64,000 nucleotides of DNA from Camelus dromedarius (taxonomy: Eukaryota): positions 21,762,001-21,826,000 of the forward strand of contig NC_087459.1 in the NCBI RefSeq assembly GCF_036321535.1. Reading direction: 5' to 3'. Each line of letters opens with the position of its first letter. The first letter of the stretch is position 1. Below are positions 14,528 through 51,035 of this stretch, piece by piece. The notes beneath the pieces were generated by a model. It was not told the DNA's origin, did not search any database, and saw only the letters and a program-made list of their open reading frames with translations. The position numbers were made by a program, and so were the translations under genes.

Positions 14528-14943
14528 GTGGTCAGTGGAATAATGGTCCCCAAAGATGTCTGTGTCCTAATTCCTGGGGCCTGTGAACATGTTACATGGC
14601 AAATGGGAATTAAGGGAGGAGGATATATTCAAGTGGTAAAACACATGCCTAGCATGCATGAGGTTCTCGGTTCAAACCCCACTACCTCCTCTAAAAATAA
14701 ATAAATAAACCTAATCCCCCCCCCAAAAAAAGATGGGGAAAAAATGGGAATTAAGTTTGCAGATGGAATTAAGGTTACTAATTTGCTGAGTTTAAAACAA
14801 TGTAATTACAAGATTCTTTAAAAATGAAAAGGGCAGCAGAAGGGTCAGAGGGAGGTGTGACTACAGAAAAAAATCACTGAGAGATGCAATGCCTGCTGGC
14901 TTTGAAGATGGAGGAAGGGGGTGATGAGCTAAGGAATGTAGGT
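14528..14943 (+). mobile_element. MaLR LTR (MLT1D-like), interrupted by a SINE and running into the gap
   Basis: GAATAATGGTCCCCAAAGATGTC...CCTAATTCCTGG..CCTGTGAA.ATGTTAC and GCTGGCTTTGAAGATGGAGGAAGGGG are typical MLT1C/D motifs. Confidence 0.75.
14615..14741 (+). mobile_element. tRNA-derived SINE (camelid Vic-1-like), copy 1
   Basis: Degenerate A box and B box GGTTCAAACC, an (AAAT)n/C-run/A tail, and a perfect 14-bp TSD AAATGGGAATTAAG at 14601-14614 and 14742-14755. Confidence 0.85.
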
Positions 14944-15150
14944 NNNNNNNNNNNNNNNNNNNNNNNNNNNNNNNNNNNNNNNNNNNNNNNNNNNNNNNNN
15001 NNNNNNNNNNNNNNNNNNNNNNNNNNNNNNNNNNNNNNNNNNNNNNNNNNNNNNNNNNNNNNNNNNNNNNNNNNNNNNNNNNNNNNNNNNNNNNNNNNNN
15101 NNNNNNNNNNNNNNNNNNNNNNNNNNNNNNNNNNNNNNNNNNNNNNNNNN
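14944..15150. other. Assembly gap (207 N)
   Basis: N run. Confidence 1.
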
Positions 15151-15734
15151 GGACTTAGGCTAGTTTCTTACCTCTTCCCACAGTCTCCTGGAATGTTGCT
15201 TTTATCTATGGCTGACTTCCCCAGAATGAGTGATCTCAGAGGGAGCAAGTTGGAAACCACAGTGTCTTTATGATTTAGCCTCAAAAGTTACACTGTCACT
15301 TCTTATTACCCTATTGGATTGGGTCAGCCCTGTTCAATGTGGGAAGAGGCTTCAGAGTGATACAGCCCACCAAGAGGTGGGAATCATTGAGGATTTATTA
15401 GTGTTTGGCAAATAACCACAAACATAATGGCTTAAAACAAAAACAATTATTTTCTTTTCTCTCACAGTTTTTATGGATTAGAAATTTGGGACAAGCATTT
15501 TGGCTGGGCAGTTCTGGCTCATATCACTGCAGTCAGATGATGGCTAATGCTGAAACAATGGGAGACTGATAACCTGGCACCTCTCTCCTTGGGGGTCTCA
15601 GGGCTATTCGTGAATCCATGTAGCCTCTCTATCCTGATAGAGGCTAGTTTGGGTTTCCTCATAGCATGGCACCCTCCCAGGCTACAACAGGCAGTTTCCA
15701 AAATTGTCCTCAATGATTTTCACCTCCATACCAT

Positions 15735-16203
15735 TGTGTAGTTTATTCCCATACTAAATAGGACTGACCTGACCCAATAGGATAATAAGAAATGATGGTT
15801 TGTGACTTTGGAGGCTAAGTCATTAAGATATTGTGACTTCCATCTTGCTCCCTCATAGATCACTCCCTCTGGGTGAAGCCAGTTGCCATGTCATTAGGAC
15901 ACTCAAGCAGCCCTAGGGAGAGGTCCACTTAGTGAGAAAGTGAGGCCTCCGGTCAACAGACAGCACTAACTTGCTGGGCATATGAGAGAACCACCCTGGA
16001 AGTGGATTCTCTCGCATCAGTTGAGGCTTCAGGTAGTTTCGGGCAGCATCTTGACTGCAACATCATAAGAGACCCTGAACCAGAAACACCTTGCTCGGCT
16101 GCTCCCAGATTCCTGATCCAAAGAAATTGTGTGAGATAATGTTTATTGTTTTGAACTGCTGTATTTTTAGGGTAATTTGCCACACAACAATAGATGATTA
16201 ATA
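15735..16203 (+). mobile_element. MaLR LTR (MLT1F-like), adjacent to other MLT1 fragments at about 15150-15730
   Basis: GAAGCCAGTTGCCATGTC..AGGACACTCAAGCAGCCCT..GGAGAGGTCCAC and the terminal CCCAGATTCCTGA...GGTAATTTG...CAATAGATGATTAATA. Confidence 0.65.
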
Positions 16204-16371
16204 TAGGGCAGTCAGATTACTTACCTGGCAGCTCAGGGCCCCAGTAAAAATGCTCTAGGGAGCCAAGTGGAAGCTTTTATGATCCAGCTTCAGAAGTTAT
16301 CATATAGTAGTCCCTCCACTGTAATCACAAGTCTGCTTAGTTGCAATGCAAAGGAACAGAGAACTCCACTT

Positions 16372-16500
16372 CTTTTTTGTTTTTTTTTACATTTTTTTAT
16401 TGAGTTACAGTCATTTTACAATGTTGTGTCAATTTCCAGTGTAAAGCACAATTTTTCAGTTCTACATGAACACACATACATTCATTCAGAACTCCACCTC
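16372..16500 (-). mobile_element. 5'-truncated LINE-1 3' end
   Basis: Poly(T) followed by TTTATTGAGTTACAGTCATTTTACAATGTTGTGTCAATTTCCAGTGTA, the reverse complement of an artiodactyl-type L1 terminus. Confidence 0.65.
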
Positions 16501-16639
16501 TTGATGCAAGAAGCAGCAAAGTCATATTCTAAGATGTTCATGTGAGGTGGAGCATCTTTGGAAAATACAGACTGCCACATGAGGCAACATTATTTCCTCC
16601 CATGTCTTCTCTTACTCCCTACAGGTCACAGCTTCTGAG

Positions 16640-17520
16640 CTCTGACCTGAGCCCAGATGTCTCTCCTGGGCTCCAAACCCGATGGTAGAAACATCTCTTA
16701 AACGTCACCACCTGAATGTCTCACAGACCAATCAGATGGGATACAATGCACCCAAAACTGAACTCCTTACCTTCCCCAACCCCGTTCCTTCTCTGGGGTT
16801 TCCCATTTTAACCAAGTCCCCCCACCCCAATCCACCCAAGTCACTGTTCCTGGACTACTCTCTTACTCCTTGTAATCTATGCAGACCACTACCCTGGTCA
16901 CCATCATCACCTCCGACCTAGATAAAGGCAGTGGCCTCTTCACTGGTCTTTCAGATATATTTGTCCCTCACCTCAAGATACATTCTCTATACAACAATTG
17001 AAATGCTCCTTTAAAAATGTAAAGATGTAGTATTGTCACTCTGCCTTTCAATAGCATCCCATTTCAATAGCTCAGAGGAAAAAGCCCCAAATTTCTTTCA
17101 TTTGTTTAACAAATGTTTATTGAGCACCTGTTATGTTCCAGGGATTGTGTTAGAAACTCAGGATTAATTGGTAAAGCAGACAGATATTCATACTCTTGTC
17201 TTTCATTTTAGGAAAAAAAAAAGAGCAGTTAATATAATAAATACAAAAAGTATACAGTACATTGCTAGTGATAACTGCTACAGATAAAATAAAGGGTAAA
17301 ACAGAGTGAGGGGAATGGAGGTGATTGCAAATTTTAAATAGGATGATCAGGTTGGGCTTATTCAGCTGACATTTGGATAAAAGCTTAGAGGAAATGAGGG
17401 AGTAAGCTATGTGGAAATCTAGGGGAAGGGTGTTCCAGGCAGAGGGAACAGCCAGTGAGAGGCCTTGAGGTGGAATGTGTCTGCTATGTTTAGGGAACAA
17501 CAGTGGGGCCAGTGTGGTTG
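16640..17520. mobile_element. L2 fragments in both orientations
   Basis: L2 3'-end hallmark TTCATT...AACAAATGTTTATTGAGCACC at about 17097-17130, and L2 body motifs at 16640-17000. Degenerate, with approximate boundaries. Confidence 0.55.
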
Positions 17521-18266
17521 GAGCCAGGAGTATGGGGGGTAAGGACGGAAAGGAAAGAGGTGGATGAGTCGTTAAATCTTTCTGGGCCTCTATCCCCTCA
17601 TCTGTGAAATAAAGATAATAATAGTACGTCTCTCAGAGGGTTGTTATGAAGATGGAATGAATACCTGTAACAAGAGTGCCTGATCAACGGTGAGTGTTCT
17701 GGAGGTGGACTCGTGGAGTGCATGTCTAATCTTCACCGCCGGGGGGCAGCAGCGAGTCCCCGTCTGGTACTTGTCCAGCGCGCAGGGTCGAATGGGGTGA
17801 GGCCCTTGCTGGATGCCTGCCGCCTCTGTGGCAGCCACAGCCACGGTCTCCCGCACTCCCCGCCACACCGCGGCCACGTGGGCGTTAGAGTCCTGGGACG
17901 CTGCAAGCACTCCTTTGCTTCTCTGCGCACGCTGGCATCCCCACCGGGAGCACCCGCCCCACTCCCTTCTTCCGCTGCTTCAAGCCCTGCCTGCCTCCCA
18001 GCCGCCTCCAGAGCAGAGTGGCCTCCCAACTTCACTCCAGGATATTGCCAGGATGTGGGGGGAAAAGGGTGGGAATGGTATGCAAAGAGAAAATCAAGAC
18101 ACTCAGGGATCCCCTTCCTGATAATCTATGCAGACTTTCCCCCAATTCCTCAGGCAGGCTAGCTAGTGGTGAAGGTTCTAATTCTGCTGAAGTTTAAAGA
18201 TCACTTTGGGCTCCAGAGATACCGCCTGCTTCACTTACCCCTTTATTTTAAAATTTAAAGATATTT

Positions 18267-18423
18267 ATATAGCACAAGGAACTATATTCAATACCTTACA
18301 ATGGCCTATAATGAAGAAGAATATGAAAAAGTATATACATAGATATATATGTATAAATGAATCACTTTGTTGTACACCACAAATTAATGTAACACTGTAA
18401 ATCGATTATACTTCAATTTAAAA
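18267..18423 (+). mobile_element. 5'-truncated LINE-1 3' end
   Basis: ATATAGCACAAGGAACTATATTCAATACC...ATCACTTTGTTGTACACC...TATACTTCAAT plus an A tail; TSD AAAGATA(T/C)TT at 18257-18266 and 18424-18433. Confidence 0.75.
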
Positions 18424-18976
18424 AAAGATACTTAGAAAACACATAACCATGGTAAAGAAAAACCCAGTCAGTCCATATACACACACACACATACACACAC
18501 CCCCTGAAAAGTCTCTCTCTCATCATCTCCTGCTTGAAAAAAGTCTTTTCACTGATCTCTCTGTATTTGGTCTCATTGATCCAATCCCTACAGCCAGAGT
18601 GTTCTGTCTAAGGAGCAGATCTATCCAGTCAAAACCCTTCAGTGGCTTCTTAATCCCTCAGGACAAATGTGATTCCTTACTGTTCAAGACCTGGTTCTGG
18701 TCACTCCATTCAGTCTCTCTCCTCCCAGACTCCACATGGTTCCAGGCTCTTCTCTGTCCTGCCATGTCCTTCCTACTCATGCTGCATCTGTACCAATGTC
18801 CCAGTCCCCAACTGATGCTTCCATGGCCTCCTGTGCTGCTCTTAGCATGACTGATGACACAGAATTTGTCTTCCTCTTTGGGACAGGGCAGGGTCTATTT
18901 GCTTAATTCAACACCCAATCTCTTCTCCTAACATAGAAAAGTCACCTAATCAGTGTTTGTTGCCAGAATGAATGAA

Positions 18977-18978
<2 letters not shown>

Positions 18979-19036
<58 letters not shown>
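18979..19036. repeat. (TAA)19 microsatellite
   Basis: Perfect trinucleotide run read directly. Confidence 0.95.
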
Positions 19037-19037
<1 letters not shown>

Positions 19038-19439
19038 TGTTAATTTCATGCCTGGCACTATTCTAGGCATTCTACATATATAAACACACAACCTCAAGTT
19101 TGATACATCCTCGTTTTACCAATACGGAAATTCAAGTATTGAGCAGTTTAAGTAACTTGCCCCAGATAATAAGTGGCTGAGCAGGGGTTTGAACCAGGCA
19201 GTCTGGTTTTCCACAAATGAATCAAAGAGCTAGAAGGAAATGGACTGGACCTCAGGAGGAATCCAGGTGCGTTTTGCATCTAAGGGTCTTTTCCCATTTG
19301 TTTCCCAGGGAGCCCATTTTATAGAGCAGAAGACAGAGGCCCAGAGAGACCAGATAACTCCGGGAGCCCTGTGGAGAGAGCTGTGGTATTTATTTGGAGG
19401 GGGGGGGGTTCCTGGAGCAGGGTCATAGCCCAGGTGGGC

Positions 19440-19920
19440 TGGTGCCAGGGTTGCTAGTGCTTCGTTCCGAACTACAACTCCCAGGAGGCACCGGGCTCCT
19501 ATAGCCCACGCGACGTCACAGCCGCCTAGGGCGCAGGCGGCTCCGCTAGCCCGGCCCGTAGTCTGTTGGGCCGTTCCGCTCGGACCCCGGCCCTGGCTCT
19601 GGCCCCGCGGTAAGTGGAGCGACCCGCGCAGATCTTCCCGCAGAGGCTTCTCAGCTTGCGCCCGCAGCCTCTGCCCTTGCGGCCCTTGCGCTGGATCGCT
19701 GGAGCGCGCGTGGACCGGGTGTGGGGGTGGGGGGACTGGCATCTACCATATGGAGGGGACCCGGGCAGAACCAAGTGACCCCGCGGAGGAGGGGACCCAG
19801 ACAGGGACTCCCAAGCCCCTGCTTTCACGCAGCCGACTTCGGGTGCACAACTGTGTGATGCACGTACGCAGGCCAGGCTCCAGCCCGGGTCTGAAGGCGC
19901 CGGATTAGGGGTCAGCCCCG
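19440..19920 (+). promoter_or_regulatory. BCKDK: CpG island promoter and non-coding exon 1 of BCKDK (donor at 19609/19610)
   Basis: ACTACAACTCCCAGGAGGC at 19471-19489 (ZNF143/THAP11-type), CRE-like CGACGTCA at 19511-19518, and a strong donor GCG|GTAAGT. Confidence 0.75.
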
Positions 19921-20195
19921 CCCCCTGAACGAGGGTTGCTTGGGACCAGAGGGAGTAGGGGCGAGGTTTTTAGGCTGGTTGGTTCTAAGGATCCCCGATC
20001 CTCCAGACTACCGGATAGAGCTTCAGGTTGAAGAATAAAAGCTCTGGAAAGCAAGGTTGTCCAGGCTTGGCCTGTGTTTGGGGACGTGGTTGAAGGGGTG
20101 GGCAGAGATTGTCCAGGTCTGAGGATACCAGTGCCCACATGGAGAGATCGTGCAGATTCAGATCCTCACAACTCCTCCTTACCCCGCCCTGGTAG

Positions 20196-20255
20196 ATGGG
20201 AGCTGCTCCCTGGGGGCTGAGCTTGTCAGCATCCTCGACCGACCCGTGCCCCTGA
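20196..20255 (+). promoter_or_regulatory. 19-codon upstream ORF in the BCKDK 5' UTR ([19 protein letters not shown])
   Basis: The AUG is the first triplet of exon 2 (acceptor ggtag|ATGG at 20195/20196). It is out of frame with the main AUG at 20369, and its TGA is at 20253-20255. Confidence 0.7.
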
Positions 20256-20368
20256 AGTCAGAGAAGAGCCCCTGCCTCCCCGCACCCCTCTTGCCCCGAT
20301 TTGGGGTCGCCTCCATCTATCGGGTCTGCAGCCCGAGTGGCCCCCCAGTCCGACAAAGGAGCAGAAGA

Positions 20369-23451
<3,083 letters not shown>

Positions 23452-23737
23452 CCCCATAGCCCATGGCCTGCTTGCTTGCCTGGGCTGGGTCATATATCCT
23501 GCCAGGACCTTCCAGGCCAGGCAGGGTACCACCCTGCTCCACACACTGCTGCACCTGGGGTCTCAGGGCCCCAAACAGATGGACTTACATGGAGCCAGGT
23601 ACCACCCTCCTCAATGGGATCCACTGCTTCCCTGCCTCCAGACCTCAGAGGGGAGGAAGTGAGAACCCTTGAGGTCTCCAGCACCAGCTCCATTATTCTT
23701 GTTCCTGGGGAACCCCCAACTTGACCTGCTGTTTGTT

Positions 23738-23743
23738 ATTAAA
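23738..23743 (+). terminator. BCKDK: Poly(A) signal ATTAAA of BCKDK (a second AATAAA lies at 23892-23897)
   Basis: The hexamer is about 290 nt after the stop and is followed by a GU/U-rich tract. Confidence 0.6.
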
Positions 23744-25760
23744 GTTCACATTTTGAATGCCCTCTTGGGCCCCACATATGAGGAAGGCAGGTGAGCTTTT
23801 GTTTCTGCCCCCATTCAGGTCCCCTGGGCCCTTTGGGTTTAACAAGTTCATGTCCCAGTCTCTAACTGTCCTCAGAGCCTGTCAGACCAGGAATAAAATT
23901 GGCCCCGAGTCTCTTGCACATTAGATTTGGTGGGAGTTGGGATGACTTGGGCAGGTTGTGCAAAGACCTTTTATTCGTTTCATTTACCAAGTGTTTCTGG
24001 ATCCCGGACAATATTGAAGGGCCCAGGTTGGCCCAGCTTCAGGTCGCACTTCTGACACTTCCCTTCCAGGTAGTCACAGTTTGTGGAGGTGAAGGTCAGC
24101 AGACTGAGCAAGTTTCTGAGCCACCTGATTCCTGAAGCTGAGTAAGGTTAAAAAGTGCTGCCTGCCAGCTGTGCCTGCTACTGCTAAGGAAAGAAACACA
24201 CAAGATTGCGCCCTGGCAGGGAGGCCAAAAGGAAAGGGCTCCAGAGAGCAGGTGGTGAAGTAACCTCCCTGCGCACCTTGCTAGGGAAGGAGAAGGCCTG
24301 AGGGCCTGCTTGGTAGGACTGGTGATGGAGGTGGAGGATTCAGGGGAGACAGGGATTATATCTGGAGGTCAAACTCCAGGTGGTGGGAGACTGTTGTGAC
24401 TTGCCAGGCTGAAAATCTGGCTGGCTGCAGCACAGAGGCTGGAGAGGTAGGCAGCAGCAAGGCTGAAAGGCCTTAAATGCACAGCCAAGAAGCATGGGTT
24501 TTATCCTGGAGGCATCAGGGATCATGGAAGGGTTTTAAGCTAGGAAGGGAGGTTTCAGGTTGGAGTCCCTAGAAGCCGCCCTTAAGCGGAGGATTTGTGT
24601 CCAGGTGATTTGTAGAGAAAGTGCTCCCAGAAGGGAGCAGGGGAAGCAAGAAAGGGAAGGACAAGAGGCCTGGCGAGAGAGCTAAGCTCCATAGTCACTG
24701 ATGAACTCCTCCACTTGAAAATCATTGGTTTAATGTCTGTGTTTGAGTGGGGCTGGGGAGGTACTGAAAACTTCTGGGCTGAGAACTTCTGTTTCCAGCT
24801 CTTTTGAGGCAAAACAGCTCTATTAGCCACAGGGGCACTTCGCCAAATAAGTCTCTGGTGCTGGCTTCTTAAAGCACATCAAAGGTTACATAAACACAAA
24901 GAAGGAACAACAAAAGATTTTGGGGAATCTGAGTGAATCATCATAGTTCTAGGGGTGGGTGGAGAGTGAGAGAAGGTATAATTTTAGTTTTTAATTTTTT
25001 CTTGCCTGACTTCTGTTAATTTTTTGTTTCATATGCTGCCAGCCACTGGCATTTATTGTCCCCTCCCAACTCCTTTATTCCCCAAAGCCAAGTTACCAGC
25101 ACTGCCATTTTCCACAAATACTTAACTTAGATATTTCCTCATCTGTAACCTCATCCTTAGGTCTCGAGCATTCCACCCCTCTTAGAATTGTTTCCAAGCC
25201 CAATAACCAAATTACAAGTCAAAGACGACTCAGAGTAGCCAAAAGGAATGTTTATTGGAGGTGTCCCCTGTCTGGCATTGTGCAATACACTTGTTTTATA
25301 GGAATAAGAGATAGATACATATATGGTTTCACCTTTATATAGTTATATGGCATATAGTTTAACCTTTAACGATGCTCTGGGAATGGACACACTTGTATAA
25401 CCAGGGATTCCTCATTCACTAAGCCTAAGACGCTCTCCATTATATCCACTGCCTTAGGCTGATTTCTGTTCAGGGGACATCTGGTTTGGAGAGTCTGGTC
25501 CTTTCTTTAGAAAGGCTTGATTCTGTGAGAGTTATTTATTGGCTATCCCAGTACACACTCAGTCCTGATTCCCACACCCCAAATGTCTCCTCCCCCCCCC
25601 CCCGAACAAGGAGGGCAGTTTCTTCAGTCTTCAAAAACGGGGTGACTTGTATTTGGCTGAAGGAAATGGGCGGCACCGGGTGGGTGTTGATTCCAGGCTC
25701 ACCGCCCTAACACTAGGCTTCCAGGGGTGCTGCTCTGGCTCCGCATCGGTAAAATAGGGG

Positions 25761-25776
25761 CAGCGCCCCCTGATAA
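25761..25776 (-). promoter_or_regulatory. CTCF-like motif upstream of KAT8
   Basis: The minus strand reads TTATCAGGGGGCGCTG, matching 11 of 14 bases of the CCACCAGGGGGCGC core by eye. It was not scored with a matrix. Confidence 0.35.
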
Positions 25777-25899
25777 CTGGCACACCTTGGCTTCCTCAGG
25801 CACAAAGGCCTTAAAAAGATCGAGTTGAGGCATCACATCAAGAAAGCCTTTCTCCTGTTTTCAACTCTAGGGTGCAGCCGTAATTCAAAACGTAAAACG

Positions 25900-35213
<9,314 letters not shown>

Positions 35214-35301
35214 GCGGCCTGTGCCCCCGCTGCTGGACCTGTGCCTCCTTGCCCCGTAGCCTGTAAATATGTACAGACCGGTTTCATCATTTTTTTTTTT
35301 T

Positions 35302-35307
35302 AATAAA
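35302..35307 (+). terminator. KAT8: Poly(A) signal AATAAA of KAT8
   Basis: 89 nt after the stop and followed by a GT-rich element. Confidence 0.8.
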
Positions 35308-35398
35308 GTAAGTTCTGCTGGTGGCTGTGGACTTTGGAGGTAGGAGGGAGAGGCTTGGAACCGATGTCCTTCATTTCATGTCACACACACATAGCCGG

Positions 35399-35404
35399 TT
35401 TATT
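35399..35404 (-). terminator. PRSS8: Poly(A) signal AATAAA of PRSS8
   Basis: TTTATT on +, about 620 nt downstream of the PRSS8 stop. Confidence 0.7.
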
Positions 35405-36022
35405 CTCATAACATTTTACTCCTTCCTGCTTCATCTAGCCCCCAACCCCAGATGCGAGTCAGAGCCCAGTTCCGGCGGGGGCTCAGTCCTCCGGAGTCAA
35501 GGAGTTAGGGCTCAAGGGGGGCAGGGCAGCCAATGGGGCAAGACTAGGGCCTTTTCTGTCCTTGAAAACATGCTGCCCGGAGGCAGCCCCAGCCCAGAAG
35601 GCAGTATGAGGGTGCAGTGATGGGGCTCATCAGGCAGAACGGGACGTGCTGGAGCCAGCCCTTCAGCAGCAGTCGCCTGGGCAGTCTTCTAGAAACAGGT
35701 GGGCAGCCAGGGCCTGTTTTCATAGCTTAGGGTCCTTGGGGCTCCATAGGAGCCCAACCAGTAGGCTTGTGGACAGATGGAGGTGGCCAGAGGTCCTCAC
35801 CAGTACCACAGGCAGGAAACTCCTGTGGTGGAGGTTATAGTCCCAAAGAACAACTCAGAAGAGTGGGTCAGAGGTCAGGGTGGTGCTCTGAGCTGCCACA
35901 GGGTCCTGGGAGGAAGGAGCGGCCCATCAGGTCCCAGGGCCAGGGCCATCCTGGGGCCAGGCATTTGTCCTCAGGTGTGATGTGGAGGTCCCGGAAGCAG
36001 CTCGGCTCCCAGAGTGAGTAGC

Positions 36023-39301
<3,279 letters not shown>

Positions 39302-40229
39302 GGCCCAGGGACCAGGGGCCCTGGGAAGGGACCAGGCACCCAAGGGAAGGGACCTAGGGTGGGGTTGGAAGGCAAGATCCAGGTGTCGGGACCAGAGGGA
39401 AGAGGGAGCAGGCGTCAAAGGCTGGCTTCGGAGGCAGGAACGGGGCACCAAGGGAAACGCTGGGGTCTCTGCCGCCGGCAGTGAGGACACGTCTCCAGCA
39501 CGTCCTGGGTCTGCAGTACACCTTCCGGAGTGGCAGCTCCCTTGGAAAGGGCACCTACCTGCCCGCCCGCCCCTCCCCTGGCCCCGCCCTCCTCGCTCAG
39601 CTTGGCTGGCTTCTTTTGCCGCCACCGAAGTCCTGAGTCCTTCCAGACACCTCGGCTGTGTGTGCTGGTGTGCGTCTGCGTGTGTTGGGGTTTGAGCAGC
39701 CCCAGGCAGGGCTGGAAACCCTGATGGCTGGACTCCCAACCCAACTGCTTTTGGGTCCTGTCTTTCTGGTCTCCCGGACCAGTTATGCCCCCCAGCGCCT
39801 GGCCCAGACTTTGTTATTGTGGGGCCACAGCTGCTCCTCCCTCCTTCCCTCCGGAGGCCTGGCATTTGAGCCCAGGACACCTGGGTCTGCCTCCGGGCTA
39901 GGGCCCTTTCAGGCCCTTCTGTAGAGCCTGCAGCCTCATCTGCATGTGGTGAAGTGTGAGAATGTTTGGCAGTGCTAATCATTCCACAAATATTTACTGA
40001 GCGCCTAGTATGTTCTGGGGCAGAGGAGACCGAGCAGACACCCTCCCTGCCTTTCCTGAGCTCATAGTGAAGTAGGGGTGACGGACTTGAATCATCTAAT
40101 CACATCAGCAATTACAGAATAATTTCAAACTGGGAACTGTGGTGGAGGAAGAATGGGGGCTCTAGAAGCCACTTACAGAGCTTGACCTCGGCTGGCATCA
40201 AGAAGGTCTCCTGGGAGAGACGGTTAGCT

Positions 40230-40310
40230 ATAATAGCTCAGTAGTAGAGTGGGTGCTTAGCATGCATGAAGTCTTGGGTTCAATTTCCAGTACCTCCATT
40301 AAAAAAAAAG
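40230..40310 (+). mobile_element. tRNA-derived SINE, copy 2
   Basis: TAGCTCAGTAGTAGAGTGGGTGCTTAGCATGCATGAAGTCTTGGGTTCAATTTCCAGTACCTCC followed by an A tail. Confidence 0.8.
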
Positions 40311-41748
40311 GGGGGGGCTCCTCCAGGAGGTGCATTTAGAATAAGGCAAAGATGGGTAAGGGTGGTCCAGGTGAATTGCCCTCACGTGGAGGATGCAGGT
40401 GGCGCGGGTTCAGGGAAAGGAGGCCCACGTGCCTGGGTTGGGGGTCAAGTGCATCCTCTGTGAGTGTATGAATCTGGGGCAATTGAGAATGCATGTTGGC
40501 TTCAAGCTTTAGAAAAAGAGCCCCACTTCTCTACCTACCTTCCATAAGACTAGGTGTGTGGCCTTCTAAGCCAGGACTTCAGGGCCTGGGCTGGAGGGCA
40601 GGGAATTCCTGGAGTGGGAAAGGGGACAAGGCTGATTCTGGAAGGGGTCTAAGCTGGGGAGCAGGGGGCAAGACCCTGGACATTGTGAGAGGACTTGTGT
40701 AGATTATGGGGTATATTAAGAGTCTGTGGTATATGAGTGACTGACCAGGGATGGGGAGCAGGTTAGGGGTGTGTGTCCCTGTGGTGATAGGTACAGGGGA
40801 ATTCTCTTTGGAATCTGGCAGCTAAAGATAAGCCTGGTCATTTAAGAACCTCTGTCCATCTCACTCTCCCTAGAACTTCCAGCTTCCCTGAAGTCTCTCC
40901 TCTCCAAACTGCTGCCTACTCAACCCAGAAATGGTGACTCCAGCCCCAGAGGAGACCCCTCTGCCACCCTCACCAGCTGGTTTCCACCCCACACGCCCCT
41001 CCTGCCCCCGATGTGTCCCCACTGCCCTTATTCTATGCTCAGATATCACCTCCTCTATGACTTTTTCCTGACCACCAGCCAGGGGTGCCCACGTGTTCCT
41101 TACTATATTGGGAGCATTTTGCAGGCTTGTCAAAGCCCCTGCTGTGCCATGACTTAGCAGTTAAGAGGGAATGTGGTTGAATTAATGCAGGGAGGTGCCC
41201 TGGTAAGTGGTGGTGGGTGAGGTAGTAGCAGATACATACAAGGGACTTTTGATGGGGCCCAAACCCTGGGGGCACTGGGCAGGATGTGGTGGACACTTGA
41301 AGGGTACAAATGTCGTGTGTGTACTGGACACTGGAGGTATACACTTTAGAGCACTATCTATAGGGTATGTAAATGGCAGTGGCTCCCTGTGGGTATAGGA
41401 TACAGCAGACAGACGCTAGGCCCCCAGACTCCTGGACCCTTCCTCTGACCTTGACTCTCAGTCTTCCTTGCTCTAGGGGGAGGGGCAGCAGGGCCAAGGT
41501 GACCAGCAGGTGCTGGGGATGCTGATTCCACTGAGGAGGGGGTGACACAGAACCAGCTGTCTGCCCAACCTCCCCCGCCCTGGGGCAGGAATGAGGGACA
41601 GCTGCCACGTTATCAGGGACAAATTTCCTGGGAGCCCAAGGCCTGACTCACGGAGGCCCAGGAGGGAGGGGCCGATCCCTGGGGCTTTCCCCTGGCCCCT
41701 CAGCCTGCCCCCAGCGATGCCACAAGGCCACATGTCTGTGTTTACACC

Positions 41749-41754
41749 TTTATT
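41749..41754 (-). terminator. PRSS36: Poly(A) signal AATAAA of PRSS36
   Basis: TTTATT on +, about 240 nt after the stop. Confidence 0.7.
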
Positions 41755-41995
41755 GTCTGCTGCCTCCCACTGCCAAGGATGCCAGGGCCCAAAATAGCTG
41801 GGCTCTGAGGCCCGATTACCAGAGCCGCTGCAGTCTAGGTGGGTGGGGCGCCTTGGAGGTTCCGGGTAAGAGAACAGAGCCAGTTGGGCCACATTCCAGC
41901 CCCACTGGGCGGGAAGTGGTGGAAAGCTGGAGGAGGTAGGGGAGGAGAAGGGAAGGTGATGACGAAGGTAAGGTGGCCCAGGGACCCAGGCCCCA

Positions 41996-51035
<9,040 letters not shown>

